Positions 50,059 to 62,273 of a stretch of DNA of 64,000 nucleotides are shown here, piece by piece. This DNA comes from Dictyostelium discoideum (taxonomy: Eukaryota): contig CM000153.2 in assembly GCA_000004695.1 (NCBI GenBank), positions 1,536,001-1,600,000 on the forward strand, given 5' to 3'. Position numbers and translations under genes: made by a program. The notes beneath the pieces were generated by a model, which saw only the letters and a list, made by a program, of their open reading frames with translations, searched no databases and had not been told where the DNA came from. Every line of letters begins with the position of its first letter. The stretch's first letter is position 1.

Positions 50059-50939
50059 TTGTATCTTCTTCTTCTTCACCAACAACTTCAAGTTTACCAA
50101 TACCTGTACCAACATCTTCTTCTTTATCAAATTCATCATCATCCTCACCATCATTATCAACATTAGCATTAGGTTCACCATCATTATCTTCTTTGAGTGG
50201 TACTAGTGTAATCAATAATAATAATTTAAATAATAGTCGTGATCATTCAATTACAATTACTCATCATGGTAGTTTTTCAGGTAATGTTGGTGAAAGTCCA
50301 ATGGTATCACCAATGTTAAGAGTTAATAATTATAATGAACATGCATTACATGCAGCTGCAATGGCAGGTTATTCAGATTGTGTGTTGGCATTGTTAGGTG
50401 TTGGTGCTGATATTAATCAACCAGAGTGTTATGGTAATACCCCATTGCATGGTGCATGCTATACAGAGAATGCCGATTTAGTAGATATGATGATTACAAT
50501 GGGTGCCGATGTAAATAGAACCAATAAAGATTTAGTTACACCACTTCATGTCGCTGCTTTAATGGGTAATTCACGTGTTGTTGAAATTTTAGTTGCTCGT
50601 GGAGCAAATTGTACCCTTTGTGATAGAAATGGTGATACACCTTTGCATGGTGCTTCATTATCTGGTGATATTCAATCGATTCAATATATTTTAATGGGTA
50701 AACCACCTTCATCAGTGCCAATCGATGTTAAAAATGCAAAACAATGGACTCCACTTCATATGTCTGCTTCATCGGGTCATATTAAAAGTACAAAATTCTT
50801 AATTCAACATGGCGCAAATCCTCATCTCAAAAATATTTCTGGTGATACTCCTTATGATCAAGCTATCTCTGCTGGTCATGTTGATGTTTCTGCTTTCCTA
50901 AAAAATATTAAACCAAAGAAATCTTTTGGTTTATTTTAA
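48572..50939 (+). CDS. Ankyrin-repeat protein, exon 3 (more than 15 ANK repeats plus a 54-residue poly-Asn insert)
   Basis: INYNLVKDHNGVTPLHLAAVRNGIETIVLLI... is followed by repeated G-TPLH-A...G......LL..GA modules through the C-terminus. The three exons total 3426 nt, consistent with the frame. Confidence 0.8.
49896..50058 (+). repeat. (AAT)n trinucleotide run encoding about 54 consecutive Asn within the ankyrin-gene exon
   Basis: A pure AAT run, with a few AGT, is seen directly in the sequence. Confidence 0.95.
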
Positions 50940-51859
50940 TCAAAAATTTGTAAAATTAATAATAAAATAATAAAAATTATTATAAAAAAAAAAAAAAAAA
51001 AAAAATATTTATATATAAAAATAAAATAATAATAAAATAAAAATTATTATTAATCCAATTCAATCCTATCATATTTATTAATTATTAATTTTTCCAATTT
51101 CTTTCCAATCATTTCCTATAAATAATAAAATGATTTGTAAATTGGTAATAGTGTGTGGATATTTTGTTGTGATAACTACATTTTTTAATCAATTCAAATT
51201 TTTGAGTTTTAATAAAATATTTTATTGAATTGATTTTGAAATATTTTTAATAATGTTGTTATTATTCCAAAACAAATTTTTCAATAGCTGGGATATTAAA
51301 AAATTTTTCAATAGCTGGGATATTTAAAAAAATTTTAAAAATTTAAAATTTAAATTTAAAAAATGTAAAATTTAAAATTTTTTAAAAATTTGTTCTTCTT
51401 TACAATAAAATAAAAAATAAATATAATTGTTCTCAAACAAAATAATTATAATTAATTTTTTTTTTTTTTTTTGTTTCCACTTCTGTCATCATATTGTCCC
51501 TTGAAAAACAGTGTTTTTAGAATTATTACTTTAATAGAATTTTGTCAGTTATTACAAATAATGATATTTTAAAAAAATAGCTATTTAAAGTTATATATAA
51601 AATTATTTTTAACTTGCATTACATGTTGTTATTTTTTATTCAAAATTAAAAAATTAAAAAAAAATCTAAGAGATTAAATTTTATTTTATTAATATTTTTG
51701 GTTTTTATTTTTTGTTTAGATTTTAACAAAAAATTTAAAATTAATTTAGAACCTTGCAACATTAATTTTTTTCTTGTTCATTAGTCTATTTTAGTAAAAA
51801 AAAAAAATAAAAAAAAAAAACATAATTAATTTAAACTTGTTTTAAATTATTCAATCAAC

Positions 51860-51903
<44 letters not shown>

Positions 51904-52498
51904 TTGATAATAATTACAAATAATTAACAAAAAATGGGTCAAAACCAAAATAAAAAATCAATATTTAAAGGAATTAAAATTTCAATACAATTAAAATATA
52001 AATCCAAAAATCTTTTTTTAATAAAAAAAAAAAAAAAAATTACTATCAGGGAAAATGTCAATTTCCAGTAAGGATTTAATTTTTTTTTATAAATTTAATT
52101 TTAAATGTTTTTAGATATTAATTTAATTTTTTAAAGGTTTATTAAATAAAATTTCATTTAACCAAAAAAGTTTTGTCAATCAAAATTTATTTACTCAAAG
52201 TTTAAACACAAACAGTGTTCAAAAAACATATTCAAATAATGTTTTAGGAGAAGACTTAGGTTGGAAAGGGCAATATGAGCCAATGTGTGGTCACTCTCTT
52301 GTCCCCAATTGTTAAAATTCTCATATATTTTTTGAAAAATAAAAAGTTTTTTATTTTTGTTGAATAATTGCAATAAAATTGTATTTCTTTGGACACCAAT
52401 ATAAACAAGTTTTTTTTTTTTTAATAATTAATAATATATAAAAAATATAGAAATAGAGAAAAATTGAATTTGATGTTATGTTTTTGTTTGATTCATAT

Positions 52499-52542
<44 letters not shown>

Positions 52543-52680
52543 CATGTCGGGGGGAGGGTAATATATTTTAATTATTTTTTATTGAATGAATGCCGGGGAG
52601 AGTCATATATTTTAATTATATTACTATTTGTTTTTTAAAATCATGTCGGGGAGAGTCATATATTTAAAACATTTATAAAT
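52543..52680. repeat. Three tandem copies of a roughly 40-bp unit (...aTGTCGGGG(G)GAGGGTaATATATTTTAATTAT...)
   Basis: The copies are at about 52543-52580, 52588-52625 and 52640-52678, with a G-rich core in an AT-rich flank. Confidence 0.8.
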
Positions 52681-52714
52681 ATCAAAAAATTACAGTCTCC
52701 ATCAATACAAAATT

Positions 52715-52761
<47 letters not shown>

Positions 52762-53107
52762 TGGATTAACAAGATTGATATATGTCCATCTGTGTTAATA
52801 CGAGTTTTTATTTAATATTTATTTATAGGCTTATCATTTAAGCTGAAGGGTTATTTTAATCATATGAATTGATCAAAAGATATAATATTTGGGAGAGATG
52901 ATTCTGGAATACAATAGTAATTAGCTGTAGGGTATTTCTTCTGCAAAGGCAGTTTTGATGAGGGCGTCCACTATTCCTGCCTTTTCTCTTGGAATTCTTA
53001 CTCTTCCTGTGAGGACGTGGTAGTCTCTACTGGAGGTGATGAAGGTTCCCAATTTAAAATCATTCCTGTCACCTGTCTACGACTGCAAATCGAGGTCATT
53101 AAAAAGA

Positions 53108-53189
53108 TCGACATCGGCAGGGTTCGAACCTGCGCCTCCTAGGAGATTTGATTTCAAGTCAAACGCGTTAGACCACTTCGCTACGATGT
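53108..53189 (-). tRNA. tRNA-Ser (anticodon UGA), class II with a long variable arm
   Basis: The minus strand folds by hand as GACATCG-TA-GCGAAGTGGTCTAACGC-G-TTTGA-CTTGAAA-TCAAA-TCTCCTAGGAGGC-GCAGGTTCGAACCCTGC-CGATGTC-G. It has a 7-bp acceptor stem, a GTGG...TAA D-loop, the anticodon TGA in a 7-nt loop, a stem-loop variable arm and a GGTTCGAACC T-arm. The oligo(T) terminator ATCTTTTTAA lies immediately downstream. Confidence 0.9.
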
Positions 53190-53375
53190 CTTTGATGAAA
53201 TTTGAAATAAATAGAAAAATTTGATGGAAATTATTTAAACCCAATTCAAAAAAAAAAAAAAAAAAAAGATGGAAATTATTTAAAATTAAAAACAAATTAT
53301 CTTTTTTTTGCTTATAAGCAAAATAAATATTAGAACAAATCTTAAATCAAGATGAGGTTGTTTTAAAAAAAAAAT

Positions 53376-56009
53376 TTATTTTTGTTTTAGTTCCAATTTT
53401 TTGATTTCCCTTTTTAAATTGGCCAACTCTGACTGTAATGAATATAATTGATTAAAATCATTTTTTTTCTTTTCAAATTGGTTTGTTAGCTTTAAATATT
53501 CAATAGCTTGAATTAAAAACTCTTGGTTAAATAAACCACCATCATTTAATTGAAGTGTTTGTTGTTGTTGCAGTTGTTTTTGTTGTTGTTGTGGTTGTTG
53601 ATTATTTTTTTTCTTTATAGTGTTACAAAAATTTGAAATCATATCACCACCCATTTTATGTAATTGAAATTTTGATTTAATCCTTTTTTTACATTTTGAA
53701 GCCATTGAAGCAATTTTCTTTGGATTCTTAATTAATTGTTTTAAAACTTGTACAAATTTATTGGTGAATTCCAAAGGGTCAATATCATTACCGCCACCAA
53801 TATCAGTAATATCAACCAAGAAACCACAATCAGATGTAACCAATTCACTTTGACCACCAACATTACTACCAACAGGTACTAAACCAATTGACATTGATTC
53901 ATAGAAAATCATAGAAACACCTTCGAATTGACTTGGCAAGAAAACTATATCACATGCAGAGATAATTGATTTCATATCTTGAGTTGGTACATCACCTAAT
54001 AATTTAATTACATCTGATAATCCATTCTGCTTAACATATAATTCAACCTTACTTTTCAAATAACCATCACCAACAAATAAAACTTTAAATAATTGATTTT
54101 GATTTTGATTTTGATTTTGATTTTGATTTTGATTTTGATTTTGATTTTGATTTTGATTTTGATTTTGATTTTCAAAATCATTTAATAATGATTCTTTTAA
54201 TTCTTTAATAATTTCACAAGCTTCTAATGGTTTTTTTTGATTGGTTAATCTTGCAGCATACAATATAACAATCTCTTTATCTGTTATATCATATGATTTT
54301 CTAATTTCATGTCTACTTGATTCACTCTTTTTAAATTCATCCATATCAACGTTTATATAGGTAACCAATATCTTATTTTCATCAATGATTTGATTACTCT
54401 TGGCCAACATCCAATTCTTTAAATGATTTGAAGAAACTAAATGTAAATCTATAAACTGACTCATTCCAATTGATTGTCTTGGATGGCCACCATTTCTCCA
54501 ATATTCTTCTTCCATATGATTATAATCGACTATTATTAAATTGTCTTTGTTATATTTATTTGATTTTATAAATGGTAATAAATAATAACCAAATTCACTA
54601 TTTGAAATGAATAAAACATCGATATTTCTTGAATCAATTAAATAATTTATAAATGAAGGATAAGATGAATATGGTAGAAACTTTTCATTGAATAAGAAAA
54701 TGTCAGGTGTATAAAGTTGAAACCTTGATAACCATTTATTATCAGATTCAATTGTGGTTACAATTGTAATTTCCCAACCTTTTTCAACCAATTGTTTACA
54801 AAGATTTAAATTGAATTTATCAGCACCACCAGTATTTAACCATGGTAATATTAATAAAATTCTTGGTGTTGATGATTTCTTTATTAATGGATTCTTAATT
54901 TCATTACAACTACCACCACTACCACCACTACTACCACCAATAAAATTAAAATTAATTTTAAAACTATCTTCATTTTCATTTCTAATTGGATTTGGGAAAC
55001 TTTTATATTGATTATCATTACCACCACCACCACCACCAATGTTATATAATTTTGAATATTTTAATTTTAAATCATTTAAAAACTTTTCTCTCTTTGAAGT
55101 TAATGTATTTTTCCAATTCTTTTCCATAGTTTTCTTATCTTTTCTTCTATACCATTCTAATATTTCTGGTATGGTTTCACCCCAATATCCAGCTGATGCA
55201 CATTTTAAATGAAAATCCCAATCTTCCATTCCATCTCTAATATTTGAATCATATTGAAATTCTAATAATTCTTTTGGATAATGAAAGTATTCACCATCAC
55301 CATCACTACCACCATAACTATAATCATCAACTTGAAAAGATTGATTTATTTGTAATTTATTACCAAACATTGAACGTTTATACATTATTGAAATTGTAAC
55401 TTGATTTTCTATTAAGAATTTATCAGCTTGTTCAAAACCTTTTAACCAAATATATTGAGTATGACCAAAGCCAACTAAATAACCTTTAGTGAATTGAATA
55501 TGAGAGGATGTATTTAATTTCCAAACCATTTTCTCTAATGCTGTTGGTTCTAAAATATCATCAGAATCGAAAAAGAATATATAATCTCCACGAGAATTGT
55601 AAACTCCAATATTCCTTGAATGAGGTAACCCTAAATTGAATGGATTAACAATTACTCTAAATCTAATTGGTTCACGTTTCAACCATTCTCTATATGATTT
55701 TATTGATTTATCATTGGTTGATCCATCATCAATTAATATAACTTCAATCAATTTAAATGATTGTCTAATTAATATACTCTCCATACATTCATTAAATTGT
55801 TGAGGATCTGTATTTAAAAATGGTACAATAACTGATACTATTGGTTTATTCCAATTAACAACTCTTTCTTCATAATTACTTGAATAATTAAAATTTATAA
55901 CTCTATTCTTTGATATTGGTGTACATGAATAATCTGGTGAATTTAAATCAAAACTACATTTTTCATCATCATCATCTTCTTCTTCCTCTTTTTTTTCTTC
56001 TCCTTCTCC

Positions 56010-56042
<33 letters not shown>

Positions 56043-56343
56043 TAAAAAATTTATACAATATTGATTTATAATATCATTTTTATTATTTATTATTTTATTA
56101 TTTGTATAATTATAAATTTTATTATTAATTGAAAAAGTTATTATTATATAAAATAAAAATAAAATAAAGAATAATGATAGAATTATTATTATTAAATTTT
56201 TAAAATTTTTTTTTTGTAAAATAATATTTTTAATTTTTTTAAATTTATTATTATTTATAATAGATAATTTTGAAATAAAATTTTTATTATTATAATTATT
56301 TTTATTTGTAATTTTATTATTTTTAATATTTTTAATATCATTA

Positions 56344-56422
<79 letters not shown>

Positions 56423-56573
56423 TATTATTATTATTATTATTATAATTTATTTTTTTATTTCCTCTTCTTTCTATTGATTGAAAATCTTTGAATAATAAAT
56501 TTTCTTCATCTTCATCCTCATCTTCATCATTATCACTTTCATAATTATTACTATTATTATTATTCAATGACAT
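53376..56573 (-). CDS. Type II membrane glycosyltransferase with an N-terminal GT2 domain and a C-terminal GT4 (group 1) domain
   Basis: There is a TM segment (NLIIIILSLFFILFLFYIIITFSI). The GT2 domain shows SVIVPFLN...LIDDGSTND...FFFDSDDILEP (DxD). The GT4 domain shows ...LFVGDGYLKSKVELY...FLPSQFEGVSMIFYESMSIGLVPVGSNVGGQSELV (EX7E-like). The two are separated by an (NQ)n linker encoded by (CAAAAT)n. The start is taken from the ORF-track frame. Confidence 0.75.
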
Positions 56574-57039
56574 TCTATTATTTTATATATTTCATCTGAA
56601 ATAAAATTTAAATTTATTCATCTTTTTTTTTTTTTTTTCCCACACCAAAAACAAATAAAAACACACACATTTTAAAAAAAAAATAATAATAAAATAAATT
56701 AAAATTAATTAAAAAAAAAAAAAAAAAAAAAAAAAATTTTTTTTTTTTTTTTTTTTTTAAATTCAATTTTCCAACTTATTAAAATAAGATAGTCCTTTAT
56801 TATTTTTCCCATTTTTTCAAACAATAAAAGTTTTGTGTGCACTTTTTTTTTTTTTTTTTTTTATTTTTTAAAATATTTCTCTTTTGTCCAAACAAAAAAA
56901 AAAAAAAAACAATACAATATTTTGTTATATGTATGTAAAATAAAAAAAAGTTTGTTACTAAATTGGAGAGGTGAAGAAAGAAGTGTAAATAAAATTATAA
57001 AAGGAAAGAAATAAAATAATAATAAAATAAAATAAATAA

Positions 57040-57239
57040 ATGGCAGCAGAATTACCATTTTATATTGCTTCATCAGTTGAAGAGTTGGTGAAAAAACATG
57101 TGGAAGGTGTTGAAGTCGATAAAAACTATTCAATTTTTCATTATTTATCAACTTGTAATAATTTAGTAAAACAAGCAGATATTTATAAGTCTGAAGGTGA
57201 TATTGAAAGAACTTATATTTATTCATTAAGATTTTGCAT
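57040..57239 (+). CDS. AMSH/STAMBP-type JAMM deubiquitinase, exon 1 (MIT-like N-terminus)
   Basis: MAAELPFYIASSVEELVKKHVEGVEVDKNYSIFHYLSTCNNLVKQADIYKSEGDIERTYIYSLRFC+at is followed by a GTAAGT donor overlapping the ORF stop. Confidence 0.7.
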
Positions 57240-57320
57240 GTAAGTTTTTAATAAACAATATATAAAAACTATAAATTTAATTACATTATATTTCACATAC
57301 ACAATACATTATCATTTCAG

Positions 57321-57534
57321 AACATTTATAAATATTTATACTAAAATTCATAATAATAGTTTAATTTTTGAAAAGTTACAAAAACATCCAGATTTCAATA
57401 AAGAATCATTTACAAAATCAAGAAATGAAATAAAAAGAAAAGCAGAATTGAAATTAAAAGAATTAGAAGGTTTAAAAGAAACTCTTAAAAAAGGTTATGA
57501 AAGAATACAACATAAAAAAGAAGAAGAAAGAAAA
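57321..57534 (+). CDS. AMSH-type deubiquitinase, exon 2
   Basis: The acceptor tcatttcAG joins ITFINIYTKIHNNSLIFEKLQKHPDFNKESFTKSRNEIKRKAELKLKELEGLKETLKKGYERIQHKKEEERK. Compare the human STAMBP region YITLFIEKLPKHRDYK. The donor GTATAT is at 57535. Confidence 0.7.
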
Positions 57535-57541
57535 GTATATT

Positions 57542-57576
<35 letters not shown>

Positions 57577-57626
57577 TTTTTTATTAATTTTATTAATAAT
57601 TGTTATATATATTTGAATAAATTTAG

Positions 57627-58647
57627 AGAATTGAAAGAGAAAAAGAAAAAGAAAGAATTTTTAAACAAGAAAAATTAAAATTAGAAAGAGAACAACAATT
57701 ATTGAGAGAAGAGGAAGAGCAAAGAAAAAGAGAGGATTTAGAATTAGAGAGTGAGATACAAAGACTTAAAGAGGTGGAAGATTTTGAGAATAGGAAACTA
57801 CAAGCTCAAAAGAATATTAAAAGAGCAACTTCAGCTAGAACATTTGAACTTTTAAGACAGGAAGCATTATTAGAGGAAAGAAAAAGGTTACAGGGGATTG
57901 AAACTGAGAAAAAGAGGATTTTAGCAGAGAAACAAGAAGCATTGGAAAAGGAATTCCAACAACAACTCTTTGAACAACAAGAAAAAGAAAGATTAGAAAA
58001 AGAAAGATTAGAAAAAGAAGAACAATTAAGATTAGCTTCTTTACCACCACCACCACCAGATTATTCTTCATTTGATTCTGATCAATTATTAAATTTAATT
58101 GAAAATAATAATAAAAAATTAGAAAATAATAATCAAACCGATGATAAATTAGATAATGAATTTTTATTAGATCCTTCATTTTTACCACCACCACCACCTA
58201 TAATTACACAACCATCACCATCTCAAGAAAAGAAAGATAATAATAATAATAATAATAATAAAAATACTACAGCACAATTACCATTATCAATTACACAACC
58301 ACCCCATATGCCAAATAATGAAAAGAAATTACCACCAATTTATAATTCAACTTCACCAATTCAATTTGGTTATCCTTCTTTAAATAATAGTGTAAATAAT
58401 CCACCATCATTTTCATTACAAAATAATACACCACTTATACAACAATACAAACAACAACAACAACAACAACCTATTCAATCACCAACGAATAATATTAATA
58501 GACCTAATATACCTCAATATAATAATTATAATGCAAAACCATTATCGAGCAACCTAAACCCATTACCACCACAATATCAACCACAACAACAGCAACAATA
58601 TCAACAACAACAACAACAACAACAATATCAACAACAACAACAATATC

Positions 58648-58693
<46 letters not shown>

Positions 58694-59399
58694 TCAATTA
58701 CCAAAATTACCACAATATCAACCAATTGAAAATAAATCAATATCAGCAAATGGATTAGCACAATCACCAGCTGTGAATACACCATCAATAACACCAACAA
58801 CTAATAAACCAAATATCGATTCATCTGAAGCATCAAAGAAATATAGTAAACTTAGAAAAATTATTGTACATGGTGAAGTTTTCCAAGAGTTTATGAGATT
58901 AGCAGAGAATAATACCAAAAGATCAATTGAAACTTGTGGTATTTTATCGGGTACTCTATCAAATGATGTTTTTAGAATCACTACAATCATTATACCAAAA
59001 CAAGAGGGTACTACTGATACTTGTAATACCATTGAAGAACATGAAATCTTTGAATATCAACTAGAGAATGATTTACTAACTTTGGGTTGGATTCATACTC
59101 ATCCAACTCAAGATTGTTTCTTATCAGCCGTTGATGTCCATACTCATTGTTCCTATCAATATCTTCTTCAAGAGGCTATAGCCGTTGTCATTAGTCCAAT
59201 GGCAAATCCAAACTTTGGTATCTTTAGATTAACCGATCCACCCGGTTTGGAAACTGTACAAAAATGTAAACTAAAATCATTCCATCCCCATCCACCCGTT
59301 AATGGTATACCAATCTATACAAAAGTTGATCATGTCGATTTAATTTGGGGTAAAAAATCTGATAGTAAAGTTGTAGATTTACGTTTTTTAAAGAAATAA
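57627..59399 (+). CDS. AMSH-type deubiquitinase, exon 3 (coiled-coil, Q/P-rich insert, JAMM/MPN+ domain)
   Basis: The acceptor aaatttAG joins RIEREKEKERIFKQEK.... The C-terminal MPN+ domain has E...GWIHTHPTQDCFLSAVDVHTHCSYQ (the JAMM motif HxHx7Sx2D). The three exons sum to 2187 nt. Confidence 0.8.
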
Positions 59400-59575
59400 A
59401 AACACTTTAATAAATATTTATTTCTTTTTAAAAAAAAATAAAATAAAATAAAAAGAATAAAAAATAATAATTTATTTTTAAATATATTTGTAAAATATTA
59501 TTATATTATAGTAAAATATATATATTTTATTTTATTTATTATTACTTTTTTTTTTATTTAATTAAAATTTTTTTA

Positions 59576-60236
59576 TTAATTTCTTTTGACCATTGTTGCA
59601 TCTAATTGTTTTAATTGTGGAAACATATTAATGAACATTCTTCTATATTGAACATGAGTTGCAACTGGATTTCTTTCAAAGTATAAACATTTAATTGATT
59701 TTGTTACTTGTTGTTCGATATTATCCATTGAATCAACTAAATTATCATTACACCAAATTTCATCTAAATCTGGTAATTCATTTAAACCAACCAAAGTTTT
59801 AATTTTATTTGCTGAAATATCCAAGGTTCTCAATTGTTTTAATGATTGTAAACCATCGATATCTGTAATACCATTGTGAGATAAATATAACTCCTCCAAA
59901 CAATTTAATCCAACCAAACCTTTGACACCAATTTCTGTTAACCTATTACTTTGTAATGATAAAATTCTAAGGTGTGATAAATGATTGATACCTTTGATCT
60001 CTGTTATCTTATTTCTACCCAACCATAAGGTTTCAATGTTTACTAAATTCTCTAAATTTTCAATTTCACGTAATCTATTCGATCCTAATTCTAAATTCTT
60101 TATTGGTACTAATTCTTGTAAATTTTCAATCTTTGTTATCTTATTATTAGCTAAATATAATTCCTTAATCTTTGGTATATCTTTAATACTTAAATTTTCA
60201 ACTATTCTAATTTCATTAAATGATAAATCTAAATAA
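59576..60236 (-). CDS. SDS22 / PPP1R7 (PP1 regulatory LRR subunit), exon 3
   Basis: The acceptor ttaattAG is on the minus strand at 60237-60238. The exon encodes YLDLSFNEIRIVENLSIKDIPKIKELYLANNKITKIENL... with 22-residue LRRs and an LRRcap (LYFERNPV). Confidence 0.8.
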
Positions 60237-60308
60237 CTAATTAAAAAAAAAAAAAAAATTAAATAATTAATATTATTTTTATGTATATATGTAGTATAAT
60301 ACACTTAC

Positions 60309-60505
60309 GTTAAACTTTGAAAATCTTTAATATTTTCAATTACTTGAAGTTTATTATCATATAAATCTAATGATTCTAATTCTTTTAATTGATCTATATT
60401 TTCAATTTTTTCAATTAAATTTTGTCTAAAACATAACTTTTTTAAATTTTTTAAATGATTTATATTTTCAATCTTTGTAATTTTACAATTTGTTAAATCT
60501 AAATC
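60309..60505 (-). CDS. SDS22 / PPP1R7, exon 2
   Basis: DLDLTNCKITKIENINHLKNLKKLCFRQNLIEKIENIDQLKELESLDLYDNKLQVIENIKDFQSLT is followed by a GTAAGT donor and a 72-nt intron. Confidence 0.75.
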
Positions 60506-60617
60506 CTATAAATTTTTAATAATCATTTATTAGTATTATAGTTAGAATTTATTATTTATGATTTTTATTGTTATTTTTTTTTTTTTTTTTTTTTTGAAAA
60601 AAAAAAAAAAAACTTAC

Positions 60618-60770
60618 AAGTAAAGTTTCAGGTATATTATAGCTGTCGCCAATAGAGGTATGTGGTTGACCAGTTAAATCTAAATATGTAATTGGTTCCT
60701 CTGTTTCTGATTCAATTTTCTCATTTTCTTTTATTTCCTCTGAATTTATAATTGTATTTTGTTCTGACAT
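60618..60770 (-). CDS. SDS22 / PPP1R7, exon 1
   Basis: MSEQNTIINSEEIKENEKIESETEEPITYLDLTGQPHTSIGDSYNIPETLL is followed by a GTAAGT donor and a 106-nt intron ending ttatAG. The three exons total 1011 nt (336 aa). Confidence 0.75.
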
Positions 60771-61278
60771 TTTTATAAATTATATTATTATTAATGTTAT
60801 TATTTAAATAGTAGTGTACAATTTGATATTAAATAAAATAATGAATTTGATATTAAATAAAATAATGAAAATTTTAATTTCAAAAAAAAAAAAAAATTAA
60901 TAAAAAAAAAAAAATTAAAAAAAATAAAAAATTTTGGAAAATAAAAAAAATAAAAAATAAAAAAATGGTATATTTTTTATGATTTTCTAAAAAGGGAATA
61001 TCAAAATAAAATAAAATAGGTAATTAATTTTTTTATTAAACTCCATTTTGTTTAGTAAATAATATATAATATAAAAATAAACAAGTATTTTTTTTTTTTT
61101 TTTTATTTTGTTAAACAAAATAAAAGCGAGAAACGAATGAAATTTTATTTTTTCGACTTTTTTTTTTTTTTCATTTTTTTAATTTTTATATTTTTTATTT
61201 TTTTTTTATTTTATTTTTTTTTTTTTTTGATTGATCATATTCTTATTTTTGTGTAAATATTAAAAAAACGAGAAGAAA

Positions 61279-61515
61279 ATGAATAGAGGATTTAGTTTTT
61301 CGACAAAAGTGGCAACATCTTTAAATAGATGTAATAATAGAAGTAATAATATATCACAATCTGTATCATATAATTTTATAAATAAACCAACAACTACAAC
61401 ATCATCAACAACTTCAGCATCAACCACTTCTCAACCATCTTTTTCATTACCAACCTCTTGCAATTCAAATTCGCCTCAATCAAATTTAAATAGTTTTAGA
61501 ACAAAGTCACAGTAA
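61279..61515 (+). CDS. Possible small Ser/Thr/Asn-rich ORF or first exon of an unresolved gene
   Basis: The ATG-initiated 78-aa ORF MNRGFSFSTKVATSLNRCNNRSNN...SFRTKSQ ends where a GTAAAT donor overlaps the stop (cagTAAat). No downstream exon could be joined with confidence. Confidence 0.25.
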   Translation: MNRGFSFSTKVATSLNRCNNRSNNISQSVSYNFINKPTTTTSSTTSASTTSQPSFSLPTSCNSNSPQSNLNSFRTKSQ

Positions 61516-61531
61516 ATATCTTATTTTTTTT

Positions 61532-61566
<35 letters not shown>

Positions 61567-62184
61567 AAATTAACTCATTTTTACCACTTTTATCAAAATT
61601 ATTAGAACAATTAGTAAATTTAGTTCAAATTTATTAGGTACAGCTTTATTCGAATTTCAAGCTTTTCTCATTGATGGTATGTGTTTTTTTTTTGAAAAAA
61701 AAAAAAAAAAAAAAATTTAAAAAAAAAAAAAATTTAATAGAATTTTTTTACTGATACTAATAATAGATACCTAATATTAAAAATAATAATAATTATTTTT
61801 ACAGATGGTAGCTAATTTGTTTATTTTTTTAAAAAAAAAAAAAAAAATATATAAATAAATTTTAAAAAGTTTTAAAAAAAAAAAAAAAAAAAAAAAAATT
61901 TGGTTCCTATGCAATTTTGGATTTTTTGTTCAATTTCTAAATCCATATAGTTATAATTGTTATTATTATTTTTTATTAATTTTATATTAAAAATGTTATA
62001 TGATTTTCAATTTTCGGAAATAATAAAAAAAAAAATATAATTAATTTTATTTTTTTTTTTAAAAAATATATTTTTCCTTAAAGGTTAAAATTGTCAAATA
62101 ATTTTAAACCATATAAATTAAATAAAAAAAAAAAAAATTATAATATTCATTTCATTTAAAAAATATTATTTATTCACAAAAAAT

Positions 62185-62197
62185 TATGACAATCTTT
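62185..62197 (+). CDS. hssA/2C/7E-family small Gly/Cys/Ser-rich protein, exon 1 (13 nt)
   Basis: ATGACAATCTTTG (MTIF+g) is followed by a GTAAAT donor. A 13-nt first exon encoding MTI(L/F)G is the characteristic architecture of this Dictyostelium gene family. Confidence 0.6.
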
Positions 62198-62273
62198 GGT
62201 AAATATTTCATTTTTTTAATTTATTTAAATTTAACAAATGTATAAAATTTTTTCACTTAAATTTTTTTTTAAG

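Noticed and set aside
51271-51327. 27-bp direct duplication ttttcaatagctgggatatt(t)aaaaaa x2
   Set aside because: It is a tiny slippage duplicate in an intergenic AT-rich region with no further context. It was noted but not considered significant.
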